The notes under the pieces were generated by a model that was not told the origin of the DNA, did no database searches, and saw only the letters and a program-made list of their open reading frames with translations. Of a DNA stretch of 64,000 nucleotides, positions 62,464 through 64,000 are shown piece by piece. The translations under genes and the position numbers were made by a program. Every line of letters begins with the position of its first letter. Position 1 is the stretch's first letter. The DNA comes from Chrysomallon squamiferum (Eukaryota > Animalia > Mollusca): the NCBI GenBank assembly GCA_012295275.1, contig CM022665.1, positions 7,564,001-7,628,000 on the forward strand, in the 5' to 3' direction.

Positions 62464-64000
62464 CAGTATTCCATTTGTGCATTCTTTTCTTTTTGACATT
62501 CTTTCTGTTCCGATTCACCCTTTTTATTTTTTCTATTATTATTTTTTTTTTATTGTTTTTTTTTGGGGGATAATATTTCAAATCATTAGACGGTTGTGAA
62601 CAGTGTGACATATCACTGATGTCATCACATATTTCAAAGCAGGAAATACAGTTTTGAAAATTTGAAGAAAAAAAAGAAGAAAAAATAGGTTCGTTAAGAG
62701 CTGAAGAAAAGAAAACGTGTTAAAAAGAATATTTGTACAAACTAGAACATTTATCAAGGAAGCATCAGTGGATGTTTAACGGCAAAGAGAGATACTCATA
62801 GTTTGTATTTAATTTATCCTGATTCTCTATCTTTGTCTATCTTCCTCTCTGTCAGTCAGTCAGTCACTCTTTCTATCTATCTATCTGTCTATCTCTCTGT
62901 CTGTGTCTCTGTCTAAATACATATCTATGTCTCTGTCCCATCTACATTCCCATCCATCATCCAATAACCCATTTCTCTTCTCTCCATCCAGCGTTCATCC
63001 GTTCATTTATCTCTTCGTCTTACTTCCATTTTTTAATTCTTTTTCTGTCCATTTGGGTGTAATCAAAGAACAGTTCATTAATCAGTAAAAAGAAGGCGGT
63101 GGCATTATAAAACAGGAAAAAATATTTCTAATAATAAGAAGAAAACGTAATAATAATGACGATGATAATAATGACGTTGCTGCTCCCGATGATGATGATG
63201 ATATAATAATAATGATCATGATACAAAAAAAAAAAAAAAAAAAAAAAAACATCATAAAATTATTCATAAGTTTCATCAGATTCTTCAGTTACTCCACTTA
63301 ATTCCTCATATCTAGCTAAAGTTATAAATAACACCTACATTTCATCTGAAGCTAGATTTTTCAGAAGCTGTTAAATATGTCCTTTCCTGGTGTTTTTTTG
63401 AAAAAAAAAAAAAAAATGAAACGGGACTTACGATTTTTTTCTTAAAACGATGACGATCTATCACGGTCGTGATTTTAACAATCGCAGTAACAGAGCAGTA
63501 ACAGTCGAATTCACTCCGACCATCCTCAGAGATGTTAGACGATTGCGATATTAAAATATTATATATGCACTGACATGTCTTTCGTCATGTTGTAGGTAAG
63601 CTGGGTGTCAGATCTTGCGATCTTTTCATTGTGGTTGACTGCACAGTTTGATTCAGATTTCGTGGCTTGTTTAATGAACTGCACTCCAGTTAAAAAAGTA
63701 ATATTCACACGCACACACGCAAATTCCTTCTTCGACCTTTCTCTTTTCTTTTTTCTCTTCTTCACTGTGATCTTAACGTTCGTTTTATTTGATTATTTTA
63801 GTATAAAAATAAACTTTTTTTTTTAGTTTTTTTTTTAAATTTCTTGAAGGAAGGGTAATCCATATAAAAATAATTAGATTTCAAATCAGGAAAACTGAAG
63901 ATTAAAAAATAATAATAATAGTAATAATAATAATAATAATAATAAAACCAGAAGTAAATATAAAACGTAATAATAATGATAATGATGATGATAACAACAA

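Overview
This is an AT-rich, microsatellite-rich animal genomic window (invertebrate; a mollusc is plausible but is inference only). Two intron-containing genes are arranged tail-to-tail, and I assembled both by hand from GT..AG boundaries with consistent phases. (1) On the + strand, 7619-11056, six coding exons (1200 nt, 399 aa) encode a secreted protein with a signal peptide, four thrombospondin type-1 repeats and two chitin-binding (CBM14/peritrophin-A) domains. (2) On the - strand, 52344-15997, 13 coding exons (about 905 codons) encode a kainate-type ionotropic glutamate receptor; its signal-peptide exon was not found and is probably upstream of the window. Also present are a Tc1-like fragment, an internally deleted Tigger/pogo element with TIRs and TA duplication, a local ~0.7-0.9 kb duplication, minisatellites and many microsatellites. 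The most unusual structure is a 71/63-bp tandem array that has copied the 3' end of a receptor exon together with its 5' splice site eight more times into the intron; using any extra donor would introduce a premature stop. Most ORFs in the supplied track are microsatellite artefacts. No prokaryotic features, CRISPR arrays, rRNA or tRNA were seen.
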